DNA of 56,356 bases from contig PNJT01000001.1 of assembly GCA_013822005.1 (NCBI GenBank), positions 1 through 56,356 of the forward strand. Reading direction: 5' to 3'. The position numbers were made by a program, and so were the translations under genes. This stretch comes from Novosphingobium sp. (GTDB taxonomy: Bacteria; Pseudomonadota; Alphaproteobacteria; Sphingomonadales; Sphingomonadaceae). Below, piece by piece: positions 27,236 through 38,283 of this stretch. The notes below the pieces were generated by a model, which was not told the origin of the DNA, made no database searches, and saw only the letters and a list, made by a program, of their open reading frames with translations. Each line of letters starts with the position of its first letter. Within the stretch, counting starts at the first letter, position 1.

Positions 27236-27660
27236 CCGCGATGCAGCCGGTGATGACCATTGCGGAGCTGGAGGCGTTTTTCGCGACGGCCTTTCCCGAT
27301 CGCAAGAGCACGACCCGGATCGTCGAGCTGGAGCAGGGGCGGGCGCTGATCGCGCTTGAGCCGGATGCCAGCACGCTCAGGCCCGGCAACCTGGTTTCAG
27401 GCCCGACCCAGATGGGGCTGGCCGATCACGCGGCCTATGCGGTGATCCTGGCCCATATCGGCCCGGTGGCAATGGCGGTGACCAGCAATCTCAACTTCAG
27501 TTTCCTGCGCGGGGTGCAGCTGCGCACCGTCCACGCTGAGGCCCGCCTGCTCAAGCTGGGAAGGCGGCTGGCGACGGTCGATGTGGTGCTGTGGCAGGAT
27601 GACGAGGCAAACATAGTTGCTCAGTCGACAGTGACCTACGCGATTCCCGGCAATTCATAG
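27232..27660 (+). CDS. PaaI family thioesterase
   Basis: RPGNLVSGPTQMGLAD, AVTSNLNFSFLR. Confidence 0.88.
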   Translation: MTAMQPVMTIAELEAFFATAFPDRKSTTRIVELEQGRALIALEPDASTLRPGNLVSGPTQMGLADHAAYAVILAHIGPVAMAVTSNLNFSFLRGVQLRTVHAEARLLKLGRRLATVDVVLWQDDEANIVAQSTVTYAIPGNS

Positions 27661-27681
27661 ATCGATGTTTGCGTGGGAATT

Positions 27682-27773
27682 GCCCCTCCCCAGCGGGGAG
27701 AGGTCGGGGTGGGGGCTCCACGCCCGAGAGGGCAGAACCCCCATCCCAACCCTTCCCCACCGGGGAAGGGCTT
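27682..27773. repeat. REP-like element between convergent genes
   Basis: Shares ccccatcccaacccttcccc..ggggaagggctt with 21501-21588. Confidence 0.8.
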
Positions 27774-27799
27774 CAAGTGATGCTTCAGTCCCTGCAATT

Positions 27800-28279
27800 C
27801 TACAGCTGTTCGAGCACATACTCTGCGCTTGACACCTTGAACTCACCCGGCGCTTCGACGTGGAGCTGTTCGACGGTTCCGTCGTTGATCACCATCGCGA
27901 AACGCTGGCCGCGCTTGCCCAGGCCAAAGGCGCTGCCGTCCATGGTCAGGCCCAGCGCTTCGGCAAAATCGCCGTTGCCGTCGGCCAGCATGGTGATCTG
28001 ATCCGATCCCGCAGCCTTGTTCCACGCACCCATCACGAACGGATCGTTGACCGCGGTGCCGACGATTTCGTCGATGCCTTTGGCCTTCAGCTCAGCGGCC
28101 TTTTCGACGAAGCCGGGCAGGTGCTTGGCCGAGCAGGTCGGGGTGAAGGCACCCGGAACCGAGAACAGCGCGACTCGCTTGCCGGCGAAATAGTCGGCGC
28201 TCTGGACCGCTTCGGGGCCCTGCTCGGTGGCCTTGACCAGCTTCACGTCGGGCAGCTTGTCGCCAACTGCGATTGTCAT
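27800..28279 (-). CDS. Peroxiredoxin (Prx5 type)
   Basis: VPGAFTPTCSAKHLPG, VNDPFVM. Confidence 0.94.
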   Translation of the reverse strand: MTIAVGDKLPDVKLVKATEQGPEAVQSADYFAGKRVALFSVPGAFTPTCSAKHLPGFVEKAAELKAKGIDEIVGTAVNDPFVMGAWNKAAGSDQITMLADGNGDFAEALGLTMDGSAFGLGKRGQRFAMVINDGTVEQLHVEAPGEFKVSSAEYVLEQL

Positions 28280-28363
28280 GCAAATTCTCCTTGGGACGAT
28301 TGTTGCGATTTCCTCGCCACATATAGGCACTGATCGTGCGCTCCGCAACGGGAACGCGCATGG

Positions 28364-28402
28364 TTAAATTCGCTTTACTCCCCCGCTTTAAGATTGGGTA
28401 AA
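28364..28402. promoter_or_regulatory. Two tandem CtrA-like boxes
   Basis: TTAA-N7-TTAC (28364-28378) and TTAA-N7-TAAA (28388-28402). Confidence 0.5.
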
Positions 28403-28454
28403 CCCCTTGGCCGAGGATGGCTCTCGCGGGCAGGGGCTCGCCGGGAGACTGCAC

Positions 28455-28907
28455 ATGAAAATCAAAGGGGTCGCGGCAAGCCTCGCCGCATTGGGTATGC
28501 TGGTTTCGTTTCCGGCCGCAGCTGGCGGCCTGGGATCGGCGGAGAAACTGCGCAAGCTGGACATCATGCTGATGGTCACCGGGCTGCGCTGCCGCAAGAC
28601 CGCGGACAACTTCACGGCCGAATACGGCCGCTTCACCACCAACCATATTGGCGCGCTTAACGCCGCGGCGCAGGCGCTCAAGGCCGATTACACCCGCCAG
28701 TACGGCCCGGTCGGCGCCAACCGCGCGCTCGACAAGCTGAGCGTGCAGATGGCCAACCAGTACGGGCAGGGCCACCCCTGGCTCAACTGCGCGCAGCTCA
28801 AGCAGGTGACCGGATCGCTGGCTGATATGCGCGGCACGGCCCCGCTTTATGAGGCGGCGGACGATCTGCTTCAGACCGGTTCGCGCAGCCTGGCCTGGGT
28901 GCGCTGA
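28455..28907 (+). CDS. Secreted hypothetical protein
   Basis: Signal peptide, LDIMLMVTGLRC; GGGAG RBS. Confidence 0.75.
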   Translation: MKIKGVAASLAALGMLVSFPAAAGGLGSAEKLRKLDIMLMVTGLRCRKTADNFTAEYGRFTTNHIGALNAAAQALKADYTRQYGPVGANRALDKLSVQMANQYGQGHPWLNCAQLKQVTGSLADMRGTAPLYEAADDLLQTGSRSLAWVR

Positions 28908-28972
28908 CCGTCGGGCGAGGGGTGGGGCGAGCGGCAGTTGCATCCGCTTCGCCTCACCCGCTCGGCGCAGTG

Positions 28973-28992
28973 ATATAAAGATATCGTTATAT
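28973..28992. promoter_or_regulatory. SahR-type operator upstream of ahcY
   Basis: 20-bp near-palindrome ATATAAAGATATCGTTATAT. Confidence 0.7.
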
Positions 28993-29090
28993 TTGCTTCC
29001 AGCGAGGCAAACGGCTAAGGGCGGCGTCATTCGGGGTGCCGCCGTTTGCTTTGTGGCGGGTGCCCAGCCATTTTTGCGAGGAGCTCACCC

Positions 29091-30515
<1,425 letters not shown>

Positions 30516-30521
30516 GGCAAT

Positions 30522-30612
30522 CGTCGTCCCCGGCTTGACCGGGGACCGCTGGCGCCCTGCTTCGAGCTTGCCGTTGCGCGGCCAGCGGTCCCCGCTTTCG
30601 CGGGGATGACGG
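30522..30612. repeat. REP-like GTCATCCCCGCGAAAGCGGGGACC-type inverted pair
   Basis: gtcgtccccggcttgaccggggaccgctggc ... gccagcggtccccgctttcgcggggatgac. Confidence 0.8.
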
Positions 30613-30658
30613 GTGCTCGCGCCTTGCCTTCCCGGCCTGCCGCGCATAGCTGTCGGCC

Positions 30659-33016
30659 ATGATCCTTACCCCGACCGCATTGGTGATCCTGGGGCTGCTG
30701 CTGGCGGCCTGGACGCTGGCGGCCTTGTGGGCCGTCGCCAGCGCGCGCGGGCGCGAGCGCAAGGCCGAGGCGGGTTTGCGCCATGCCAAGCGGCTGGCGC
30801 GGATGGTGGATGAGAGCCCGGCGCTGCCTTTGCTGGTCCGTGTTGACGGCAAGATCGAGGCACCGCAGCGGCTGGCCAACTGGCTGGGGCTCGATGCGGT
30901 GCCGCAGTTCCTGACCGAACTCGACGGCGGGCGGATCGACGGCGGCGGAGGCTGGCTCTCCAAGGAGCAGCTCGAGGAGCTGACCGAGGCGGTGCGCCGC
31001 ACCCAGCGGACCGCCGCGCCGTTCCGCTTGGTGGTCACCCCGCGCGGATCGAAGCGCAGCCTGGCCTTGCGCGGGCATCTGGCTGATCCGGCGGTCTCGC
31101 CGGGCGGCGCAGCGCTGGTCTGGGTGTTCGACTTTTCCGACAGCGAGAGCGAGCTGGTCCAGCTGCGCGATGATGCTTCCCGTGCGCGCGATGACTTTGC
31201 GGCGCTGGTCGGGCTGATCGAGGCCGCGCCGATGCCGATGTGGTTCCGCGGGCCAGACGGCGCGCTGCAACTGGTCAACCAGGCCTATGTTCGTGCGGTT
31301 GCGGGGCAGGATGCGCGGCAAGTGGTGGCCGACGGGACCGAACTGGTCGAAAGCGTCGATGGCCTGACCGCCAAGCAGATTGCCTTGCAGGCCGCTGCCA
31401 AGCAGCTCCCGATCGAGCGGATGGTTTCGGCCACGATCGACGGCCAGCGCCGTGCGCTGCGGGTCTCGGACCTGCCGCTGGGAACCGAAGGCGTCGCAGG
31501 CTACGCGGTCGATGTCGAGGAAATGGAAGAGCTGGGGCGCGAGCTCAAGGCCTTTCGCGATGCCCAGCGCGCCACGCTGGCGCAGCTTTCGGCCGGGGTC
31601 GCGCAGTTCGATGCCAGGCGGCAGATGGTCTTCGCCAACCCGCCGTTCCAGCGGATCTTTGGGCTGTCCAACGCAGCGATGCTCGACCTGCCGCCGTTCG
31701 AGCGGCTGCTTGACCTTGCCCGCGATGCTGGGCGCCTGCCCGAAGCGCGCGACTTCCCGGCCTGGCGGCGCGAGCGCGCAGGCTGGTTCCTGGCCAGCGA
31801 GGCGCAGGAAGAGGCCTGGGTGCTGTCCGACGGCACGCACTTGCGCATCGTCGCCCAGCCGCTGCCCGATGGCGGGCTGACCCTGATTGCCGAGGACCGG
31901 ACCGAGCAGCTCCAGCTCTCCGCCGCGCGCGATACCTTGCTGCGCACGCGGACTGCCACTTTCGACAGCCTGTTCGAATCGCTCGCGGTGTTCTCTCCCG
32001 ATGGGCGGATGCAGCTGTGGAACCGGCGGTTCGCGGCCGATTGGGGGCTGGAGAACAACTTCCTCGACACCCACCCCAAGATCGAGTTGCTGCTGGAAAA
32101 GATCACCCGCAGGCTCGAGCGGCCGATCAAGGCCAAGCAGGTTGGCGACGTGGTCCGCGCTGCAACGCTCGACCGGCGCCAGACGCATGGCAAGGCGGTG
32201 CTCAAGGACGGGCGCACGCTGCAATTTGCCGGGGTTCCGCTGCCCGATGGCAATGGCCTGCTGACCGTGCTCGACATCACCGATGCACAGAAGGCCGCCG
32301 AGGCGCTCAAACAGCGCAACGCCGCGCTGGAAGAGGCCGACGCGATGAAGACCCGCTTCCTGGCCAACATGAGCTATGAATTCCGCACGCCCTTGACCTC
32401 GATCGGCGGTTTTGCCGAGCTGCTCCAGGCCGGGCTGGGCGGCGATCTGTCGGACAGCGGCAAGGAATATATCTCGGCCATTCTCCAATCGGTAGAACGG
32501 CTTGGCGAGCAGATTGAATCCGTTCTCGACCTTTCGCAGAGCGAAGCGGGGATGCTGCCCTTGGCGCAAGAGGAGGTCGATGTCTTCGCGCTGGTCAAGG
32601 CGCTGGTTGAAGAGCGCGCCGGGCGGATCAAGGAGGCGGGCCTCACGCTCGACCTTCGCGGTGACAAGGGCGCGGGACGGATCACCGGCGACCGGCGGCG
32701 GCTGGGCCGGGCGATCGGGCACCTGATCGACAATGCCATTGCCGCAACCCCGCCGGGCGGGCGCGTGCTGGTCGAGGCTTCGGGCCGCAAGGGCAAGTCG
32801 CAAGTGGTGATTTCGGACAACGGCGCCGGGATGGACCCCGCCACGCTCGCGCGGGCGATGGAAGGGATCAAGGTTTCGGCCGACGGCAAGGGGGTAGAGC
32901 GCCGCCAGGGCCTCGGCCTGCCGCTCGCCCGCCAGCTGATCGAGGCCCACGGCGGGACCTTGCAGCTGATGTCCGAACCGGGCCAGGGCACCGCGGCGAT
33001 TGTGGAATTGCCGTGA
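30659..33016 (+). CDS. divL: DivL-like PAS-domain pseudo-histidine kinase
   Basis: H-box with Tyr (NMSYEFRTPL), PAS repeats, position between ahcY and tsaE. Confidence 0.85.
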   Translation: MILTPTALVILGLLLAAWTLAALWAVASARGRERKAEAGLRHAKRLARMVDESPALPLLVRVDGKIEAPQRLANWLGLDAVPQFLTELDGGRIDGGGGWLSKEQLEELTEAVRRTQRTAAPFRLVVTPRGSKRSLALRGHLADPAVSPGGAALVWVFDFSDSESELVQLRDDASRARDDFAALVGLIEAAPMPMWFRGPDGALQLVNQAYVRAVAGQDARQVVADGTELVESVDGLTAKQIALQAAAKQLPIERMVSATIDGQRRALRVSDLPLGTEGVAGYAVDVEEMEELGRELKAFRDAQRATLAQLSAGVAQFDARRQMVFANPPFQRIFGLSNAAMLDLPPFERLLDLARDAGRLPEARDFPAWRRERAGWFLASEAQEEAWVLSDGTHLRIVAQPLPDGGLTLIAEDRTEQLQLSAARDTLLRTRTATFDSLFESLAVFSPDGRMQLWNRRFAADWGLENNFLDTHPKIELLLEKITRRLERPIKAKQVGDVVRAATLDRRQTHGKAVLKDGRTLQFAGVPLPDGNGLLTVLDITDAQKAAEALKQRNAALEEADAMKTRFLANMSYEFRTPLTSIGGFAELLQAGLGGDLSDSGKEYISAILQSVERLGEQIESVLDLSQSEAGMLPLAQEEVDVFALVKALVEERAGRIKEAGLTLDLRGDKGAGRITGDRRRLGRAIGHLIDNAIAATPPGGRVLVEASGRKGKSQVVISDNGAGMDPATLARAMEGIKVSADGKGVERRQGLGLPLARQLIEAHGGTLQLMSEPGQGTAAIVELP

Positions 33017-33041
33017 GAAAATTTGGAACCGCCGCTGCATT

Positions 33042-33147
33042 CCCCCCTCCCGCTTGCGGGAGGGGTCGGGGGTGGGCCAGTGGGCAAGAGCACTGTCATG
33101 GTGCCTGAATCACCCACCCCTAACCCCTCCCGCAAGCGGGAGGGGGA
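33042..33147. repeat. REP-like element between divL and tsaE
   Basis: cccctcccgcttgcgggagggg ... cccctcccgcaagcgggagggg. Confidence 0.85.
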
Positions 33148-33151
33148 CCGT

Positions 33152-33595
33152 TTGGTCTTCGACCTGCCCGACCTGGCCGCGACCCAGGCCTTTGGCGCGC
33201 GGATCGCGGCGCAGCTTCGCCCCGGCGACGTGGTCGCGCTGTCGGGCGGGCTGGGGGCGGGCAAGACCACGCTGGCCCGCGCGGTGATTGCCGCGCTGGG
33301 GCATGCGGGCGAGGTGCCTTCGCCCAGCTTTGCGATCATCGAAACCTATGATCCGCCGCAGCTGCGCCTGCCGCTGGTCCATGCCGATTTCTACCGCCTG
33401 AACGATCCAGCCGAGGCCGAAGAGCTGGGCCTCGACGACTACCGTGAGGGAGCGGCGTTGCTGGCCGAATGGCCCGAGCATGCCGGCGGTTTCGCGCATG
33501 AACCTGCGTGCCTGTCGATCCGTTTGGAAAGTGCGGAAAGCGGCAGGATTGCCATTGTCGAACCGGGACTGGATTGGCTAGGGCGCATGCCATGA
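33152..33595 (+). CDS. tsaE: tRNA threonylcarbamoyladenosine biosynthesis ATPase
   Basis: GGLGAGKTT, VPSPSF, HADFYRL, AEWPE; start uncertain (TTG 33152 or 33023). Confidence 0.9.
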   Translation: MVFDLPDLAATQAFGARIAAQLRPGDVVALSGGLGAGKTTLARAVIAALGHAGEVPSPSFAIIETYDPPQLRLPLVHADFYRLNDPAEAEELGLDDYREGAALLAEWPEHAGGFAHEPACLSIRLESAESGRIAIVEPGLDWLGRMP

Positions 33596-34575
33596 GCCAG
33601 GCACTTCCCGAGGGTATCGACCAGTTCCTTGCCACTGCAGGTTGGGCAGGGGCCCAGGTGGAGCCGCTGGCCGGCGATGCCTCGTTCCGGCGCTATTTCC
33701 GGATCCGACGCGGCGAGAATAGCGCCATGCTGATGGACGCCCCGCCGCCTGGCGAAGACCCCGCACCGTTCCTGCGCTCGGCCAAGTGGCTCGATGCCAA
33801 CGGCATGCGCGCGCCGCACATCCTGGCCGAGGATGCCACGCGCGGGCTGGTGCTGCTGGAAGACTTCGGCGACGTCAGGATGCGCGAATATGTCGATCAG
33901 TGGGGCGATGACGAGCGCGCGGTCTATCGCGCGGCGATCGATGCGCTGGTCGATCTGCACCGCCTGCCGCCGGGCCCGTTCCTTGACTATTCGCTGAGCG
34001 AGTATCAGCGCGAGACCCGGATTTTCCTCGAATGGTATTGCCCGGCGCAAAGCCTCACTGTCGATGCCGCCGGCTTTGCCAAGGCCTGGGAAGAGGTGCT
34101 CAGCCAGCTGCTGCCGCGCCAGCGCCCCGGGGTCTGCGTGCTGCGCGATTATCACGCCGAGAATATCATGCTGCTGGGCAGCACTGAAAAGCAGGGCCTG
34201 CTCGATTTCCAGGACGCGCTCAACGGCCATCCGGCCTATGATCTGGTCTCGCTGCTGCAGGATGCCCGCCGCGACGTTTCGCCCGAGCTGGAGGCCGAGA
34301 TCTTCGACTACTATGTCGAGCAGGCCGGGACCGGGGCGGACTTCCTGGCCGACTATGCGGCGCTGGGCGCGCAGCGCAACACCAAGATCGTCGGCATCTT
34401 CGTGCGGCTGTGGAAGCGCGACGGCAAGCCCAAGTACCTGAGCTATATCCCGCGCGTCTGGGCGCTGCTCGAACGTGATTTGTGCCACCCCGCGCTGGAG
34501 CCGGTGGCGCAGTGGTTCGATGCCAATGTGCCCATGCAATTGCGGGCAATGGGCGGGGGCGAATGGCCGGTATGA
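33592..34575 (+). CDS. amgK: Anomeric MurNAc/GlcNAc kinase (APH family)
   Basis: GDASFRRYFR, LRDYHAENIM, LDFQDA. Confidence 0.85.
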   Translation: MSQALPEGIDQFLATAGWAGAQVEPLAGDASFRRYFRIRRGENSAMLMDAPPPGEDPAPFLRSAKWLDANGMRAPHILAEDATRGLVLLEDFGDVRMREYVDQWGDDERAVYRAAIDALVDLHRLPPGPFLDYSLSEYQRETRIFLEWYCPAQSLTVDAAGFAKAWEEVLSQLLPRQRPGVCVLRDYHAENIMLLGSTEKQGLLDFQDALNGHPAYDLVSLLQDARRDVSPELEAEIFDYYVEQAGTGADFLADYAALGAQRNTKIVGIFVRLWKRDGKPKYLSYIPRVWALLERDLCHPALEPVAQWFDANVPMQLRAMGGGEWPV

Positions 34576-35303
34576 GCCGGAGCGCACTGGTCTCTGACAC
34601 CGCGATGGTCATGGCCGCGGGGCTGGGCAAGCGGATGCTGCCTTTGACTGCCGCTACCCCCAAGCCGCTGATCAAGGTCGGTGGCAAGGCGCTGATCGAC
34701 TACATGATCGAGCACCTGGCCGATGCAGGGTTGGAACGCGCGGTGGTCAATGTTCACTACCTGCCCGACCAGATCGAAGCCTATCTGAGCGGCCGCGAGC
34801 ACCCCGAATTCGTCTTCTCCGACGAGCGCGAGGAGCTGCTGGAAACCGGCGGCGGGATGATCAAGGCCTGGCGCGCCGGGCTGCTGCCCGATCCGTTTTT
34901 CTGCCTCAACAGCGACAACATCTGGATCGACGGCCCGCGCAATACCTTGCTCGATCTGTCGGACATGTGGGACCCCGAACGGATGGATGCGCTGCTGCTG
35001 GTCGTGCCCCAGGAGCGCGCCTTCCAGCACCGCGGCAAGGGCGATTTCCACCTCGAGCCCGATGGCCGCCTGCGCCGCCGCGGGCCCAATGAGGACAGCG
35101 CCCCGACGATCTACATCGGCGCCCAGATCGTCTCGCACCGGCTGCTGCGTGATGCGCCGGCGGGGCCGTTCAGCACGATGGTGCTGTGGGAACGCGCGAT
35201 TGCCGAAGGGCGGCTGTTCGGGACCCTGCACCAGGGCGAATGGTTCGACATGGGCACCCCTGAAGCGATCGCCCCGGCCGAGGCACACCTTTCCGGTGGC
35301 TGA
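34572..35303 (+). CDS. murU: MurNAc-1-phosphate uridylyltransferase-like nucleotidyltransferase
   Basis: MAAGLGKRMLPLTAATPKPL, LLETGGG; follows amgK. Confidence 0.85.
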   Translation: MSRSALVSDTAMVMAAGLGKRMLPLTAATPKPLIKVGGKALIDYMIEHLADAGLERAVVNVHYLPDQIEAYLSGREHPEFVFSDEREELLETGGGMIKAWRAGLLPDPFFCLNSDNIWIDGPRNTLLDLSDMWDPERMDALLLVVPQERAFQHRGKGDFHLEPDGRLRRRGPNEDSAPTIYIGAQIVSHRLLRDAPAGPFSTMVLWERAIAEGRLFGTLHQGEWFDMGTPEAIAPAEAHLSGG

Positions 35304-38283
35304 GCGCCGCGCGCCACACGTCTATTCGATCGCCGCGCACCGCGGCTTTGCCGATGCGCTGGTGGCGGGGCTGATCCCGCGTTACGCCGAGCCCGAACTG
35401 GGGCTGGCGCGGCTGACGCTGCTGCTCCCCAGCGCCCGCGCCATGCGGATCGTGACCGAGGCATTTGTGCGGCTGTCAGGCGGGGGCATGTTGCTCCCGC
35501 GCATGGCCCTGGTCGGCGATCTCGATCTCGATGAAACGCTGGGCCCGCTGCTCGATCCGCTGGGCGCGGGGAGCGAGGTTCCGCCTGCCGCTGACCCGAC
35601 CCGGCGCTGGCTGCGGCTGGCCGAACTGCTGGGCCGCGAAATGGGCGACAAGGCCCCCAAGACGCCTGGCCTGCTGCGGCTGGCTTTCGACATGGGCCGG
35701 ACAATGGACCGGCTGGCGGTCGAGGGGATCGAACTCGGTGACTTGCTCGACGAGCGGGTTGCCGGGATCGTCGGCGATCTGGCCGAACACTGGCGCGAAG
35801 CAACCCGCCTGTTCGCGCGGGTCCAGGCCTTCTGGCTGGCCGAACTGGCCTCGCGCGGCGAAGTCGATGCTCCGGTGCGGCGTAATCTGCTGTTCGAACG
35901 CGCTGCCCGGCGCTGGCGCGCGGTGCCGCCCGATCTGCCGATTGTCGCTGCCGGGGTGACCAGCGCCTCGCCCGCGCTCGCCGGACTGCTGCGCGCGGTG
36001 GCCGACCTGCCAAACGGTGCGGTGATCCTGCCCGACCTCGATCTGGCGCTGGATGGTGCGGTGTGGGACATGTTGGGGCGTGCGGGGGCACCTGCAAGTG
36101 ACGGTGAAGTGCCCTTTGCCGAACACGATGCTGCGACCCATCCGCAGTACCATCTGAAGCTGCTGCTCAACCGCATGGGCCTCAGCCGCGATGAGGTCGA
36201 TCCCTGGCACCGCGCCGGCCTTGCCGCCGCGCCGCCCGAACGCAGCCGGGCAATTTCCAACCTGTTCCTGCCGCCTGAGGCCAGCGCCAGCTGGGTCGAT
36301 CTCCCCGCCGCGCAGCGCCGACTTTCGGGCGTCCGGCTGATGGAAAGCGCCCACCCCGGCGAAGAGGCACAGGCGGTTGCGATCCTGATCCGCGAGGCGC
36401 TTGAGGTTCCCGAACGCCGGGTTGCGCTGGTCACCCCAGACCGGGGGCTGGCGGGCCGGGTGGTCGCGCATTTGCGGCGCTGGGAGATCGAGGCAGACGA
36501 CACCGCCGGGCGTCCGCTTGCCCAGACCGCGGCGGGCAGGGTGCTGCTCTTGCTGGCCGATCTGGTCGCCACTTCCGCCTCGCCGGTGCCGCTGCTGGCG
36601 CTGTTGGTGCACCCGCTGGTGAAGCAGGGCGATGGACGCGCGCAGTGGCTGGAGAACGCCCGCAAGCTGGACCTGCGGCTGCGCGGCCCGCGCCCGGCGC
36701 CGGGGCTGGAGCCCTTGCGCGCGGCAGCGGCCAAGCTGGCCAAGGGCGATCATGCGATTGGCGAGTGGTGGGCCGGGTGCGAGGCCACTTTCGAGCCCTT
36801 GCTCAACTGGCCCGATCAGCTGGGCCTGGCCGATGCGCTGGGCCGCCTGGTCACCGCGGGCGAGGCCCTGTGCGGCACCGCGCTTTGGGCCGAGGCTGAT
36901 GGCCGCGCGCTCGCCGCCTTGGTGGACGAACTGCGCGGGGCTGCGGAAGACATCGGCACACGCCTTGCCCCGGCCGATCTGCCCGGCGTCTTGCGCGATG
37001 CGATGGACCGCGTCTCGGTCCGCCCGCCCTGGGGCAAACATCCGCGCGTGGCGATCTACGGCTTGCTCGAAGCGCGGATGAGCCGCGCCGATCTGGTGAT
37101 CTGCGGAGGCCTCACCGAAGGGTCCTGGCCCGCCAGCCCCTCGCCCGAACCGCTGCTGCCGCCTGCCGTGCTGCGCGCGCTGGGGGTACCGGGCGGCGAA
37201 TTTCGGATCGGCCTTGCTGCGCATGACTTGGCCGGAGCCCTCGGCGCGCCCGAAGTGGTGCTGAGCTGGGCCTTGCGCGACGAGGGCGGGCCGGTGATCC
37301 CCAGCCGCTTCGTGCTGCGGGTCGAGGCGATGCTGGGCGAGCTGGGCGAAGCTCACCGCGAACGCCGCGCGGTCGAGCTGGCGCGCGAGATCGACCGCGC
37401 AACGCCCACGCCGCCCTATCCGCGCCCCTCGCCGCGCCCCACTGCGGCGCAGCGCGACGTGCCCTTGGCGGTGACCGCGCTCGACCGGCTGCGCGGCGAT
37501 CCCTATCAGTTCTACGCCAGCGCGATCCTGCGGCTGCGGCGGCTCGACGCGCTTGATGCCGATCCGACTGCGGCGTGGAAGGGCGAGGTGGTGCACAAAG
37601 TGCTCGACCGCTGGCACAAGGCCGGGGGCAGGGCGGGGGAACTGCTCGCGCTTGCGGCTGAGGAACTGGCCGAAATGCGCGCGCACCCGCTGGTCCGCAG
37701 TCTGTGGTGGCCGCGCCTCGCCCGCGCGCTCGAATGGATCGATCAGCAGATCGCCGAACAGCGCGCAGAGGGCCGCGAGGTGCTGGCGAGCGAGATCAAG
37801 GGCGCGATGGACTGCCTCGGCGTCAAGGTCCACGGGCGTGCCGACCGGATTGACCGGCTGGCCGATGGCACCCTGGCGGTGGTCGATTACAAGACTGGCG
37901 CGCCGCCTTCGGGCAAGATGGTCGAGAACGGCTTTGCATTGCAACTCGGCACGATCGGACTGATCGCGGCGGAAGGCGGGTTTGAGGGCGTGGCGGGTGA
38001 GCCCAATGCCTTCGAATACTGGTCGCTGGCCAAGAACAAGGCCGACCGCGCGGCCTTTGGCTACGTCTATGAGCCGGTGCGCGAGGGCAAGAAGCAGAGC
38101 GGGATCGCGCGCGAGGAGTTCCTCAGCGTGACCGAGGACTACCTGCGCGAGGCGGTGCTCGACTACATCAAGGGCGACAAGCCCTTTGTCGCGCGGCTCA
38201 ATCCCGATCTTGGCGGCTACAACGATTTCGACCAGCTGATGCGGCTCGACGAGTGGCAGGCGCGGCAGGACGCGGGCGAATGA
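35296..38283 (+). CDS. addB: Double-strand break repair protein AddB
   Basis: ALVTPDRGLA, C-terminal PD-(D/E)xK GRADRID..VDYKTG. Confidence 0.93.
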   Translation: MAERRAPHVYSIAAHRGFADALVAGLIPRYAEPELGLARLTLLLPSARAMRIVTEAFVRLSGGGMLLPRMALVGDLDLDETLGPLLDPLGAGSEVPPAADPTRRWLRLAELLGREMGDKAPKTPGLLRLAFDMGRTMDRLAVEGIELGDLLDERVAGIVGDLAEHWREATRLFARVQAFWLAELASRGEVDAPVRRNLLFERAARRWRAVPPDLPIVAAGVTSASPALAGLLRAVADLPNGAVILPDLDLALDGAVWDMLGRAGAPASDGEVPFAEHDAATHPQYHLKLLLNRMGLSRDEVDPWHRAGLAAAPPERSRAISNLFLPPEASASWVDLPAAQRRLSGVRLMESAHPGEEAQAVAILIREALEVPERRVALVTPDRGLAGRVVAHLRRWEIEADDTAGRPLAQTAAGRVLLLLADLVATSASPVPLLALLVHPLVKQGDGRAQWLENARKLDLRLRGPRPAPGLEPLRAAAAKLAKGDHAIGEWWAGCEATFEPLLNWPDQLGLADALGRLVTAGEALCGTALWAEADGRALAALVDELRGAAEDIGTRLAPADLPGVLRDAMDRVSVRPPWGKHPRVAIYGLLEARMSRADLVICGGLTEGSWPASPSPEPLLPPAVLRALGVPGGEFRIGLAAHDLAGALGAPEVVLSWALRDEGGPVIPSRFVLRVEAMLGELGEAHRERRAVELAREIDRATPTPPYPRPSPRPTAAQRDVPLAVTALDRLRGDPYQFYASAILRLRRLDALDADPTAAWKGEVVHKVLDRWHKAGGRAGELLALAAEELAEMRAHPLVRSLWWPRLARALEWIDQQIAEQRAEGREVLASEIKGAMDCLGVKVHGRADRIDRLADGTLAVVDYKTGAPPSGKMVENGFALQLGTIGLIAAEGGFEGVAGEPNAFEYWSLAKNKADRAAFGYVYEPVREGKKQSGIAREEFLSVTEDYLREAVLDYIKGDKPFVARLNPDLGGYNDFDQLMRLDEWQARQDAGE

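Noticed and set aside
28993-29090. SAH or SAM riboswitch upstream of ahcY
   Set aside because: A hairpin is present, but I could not match riboswitch consensus elements; the operator palindrome explains regulation better. An Rfam scan would settle it
32360-32400. Tyr replacing the phospho-His in the PAS kinase
   Set aside because: Known DivL hallmark, not novel
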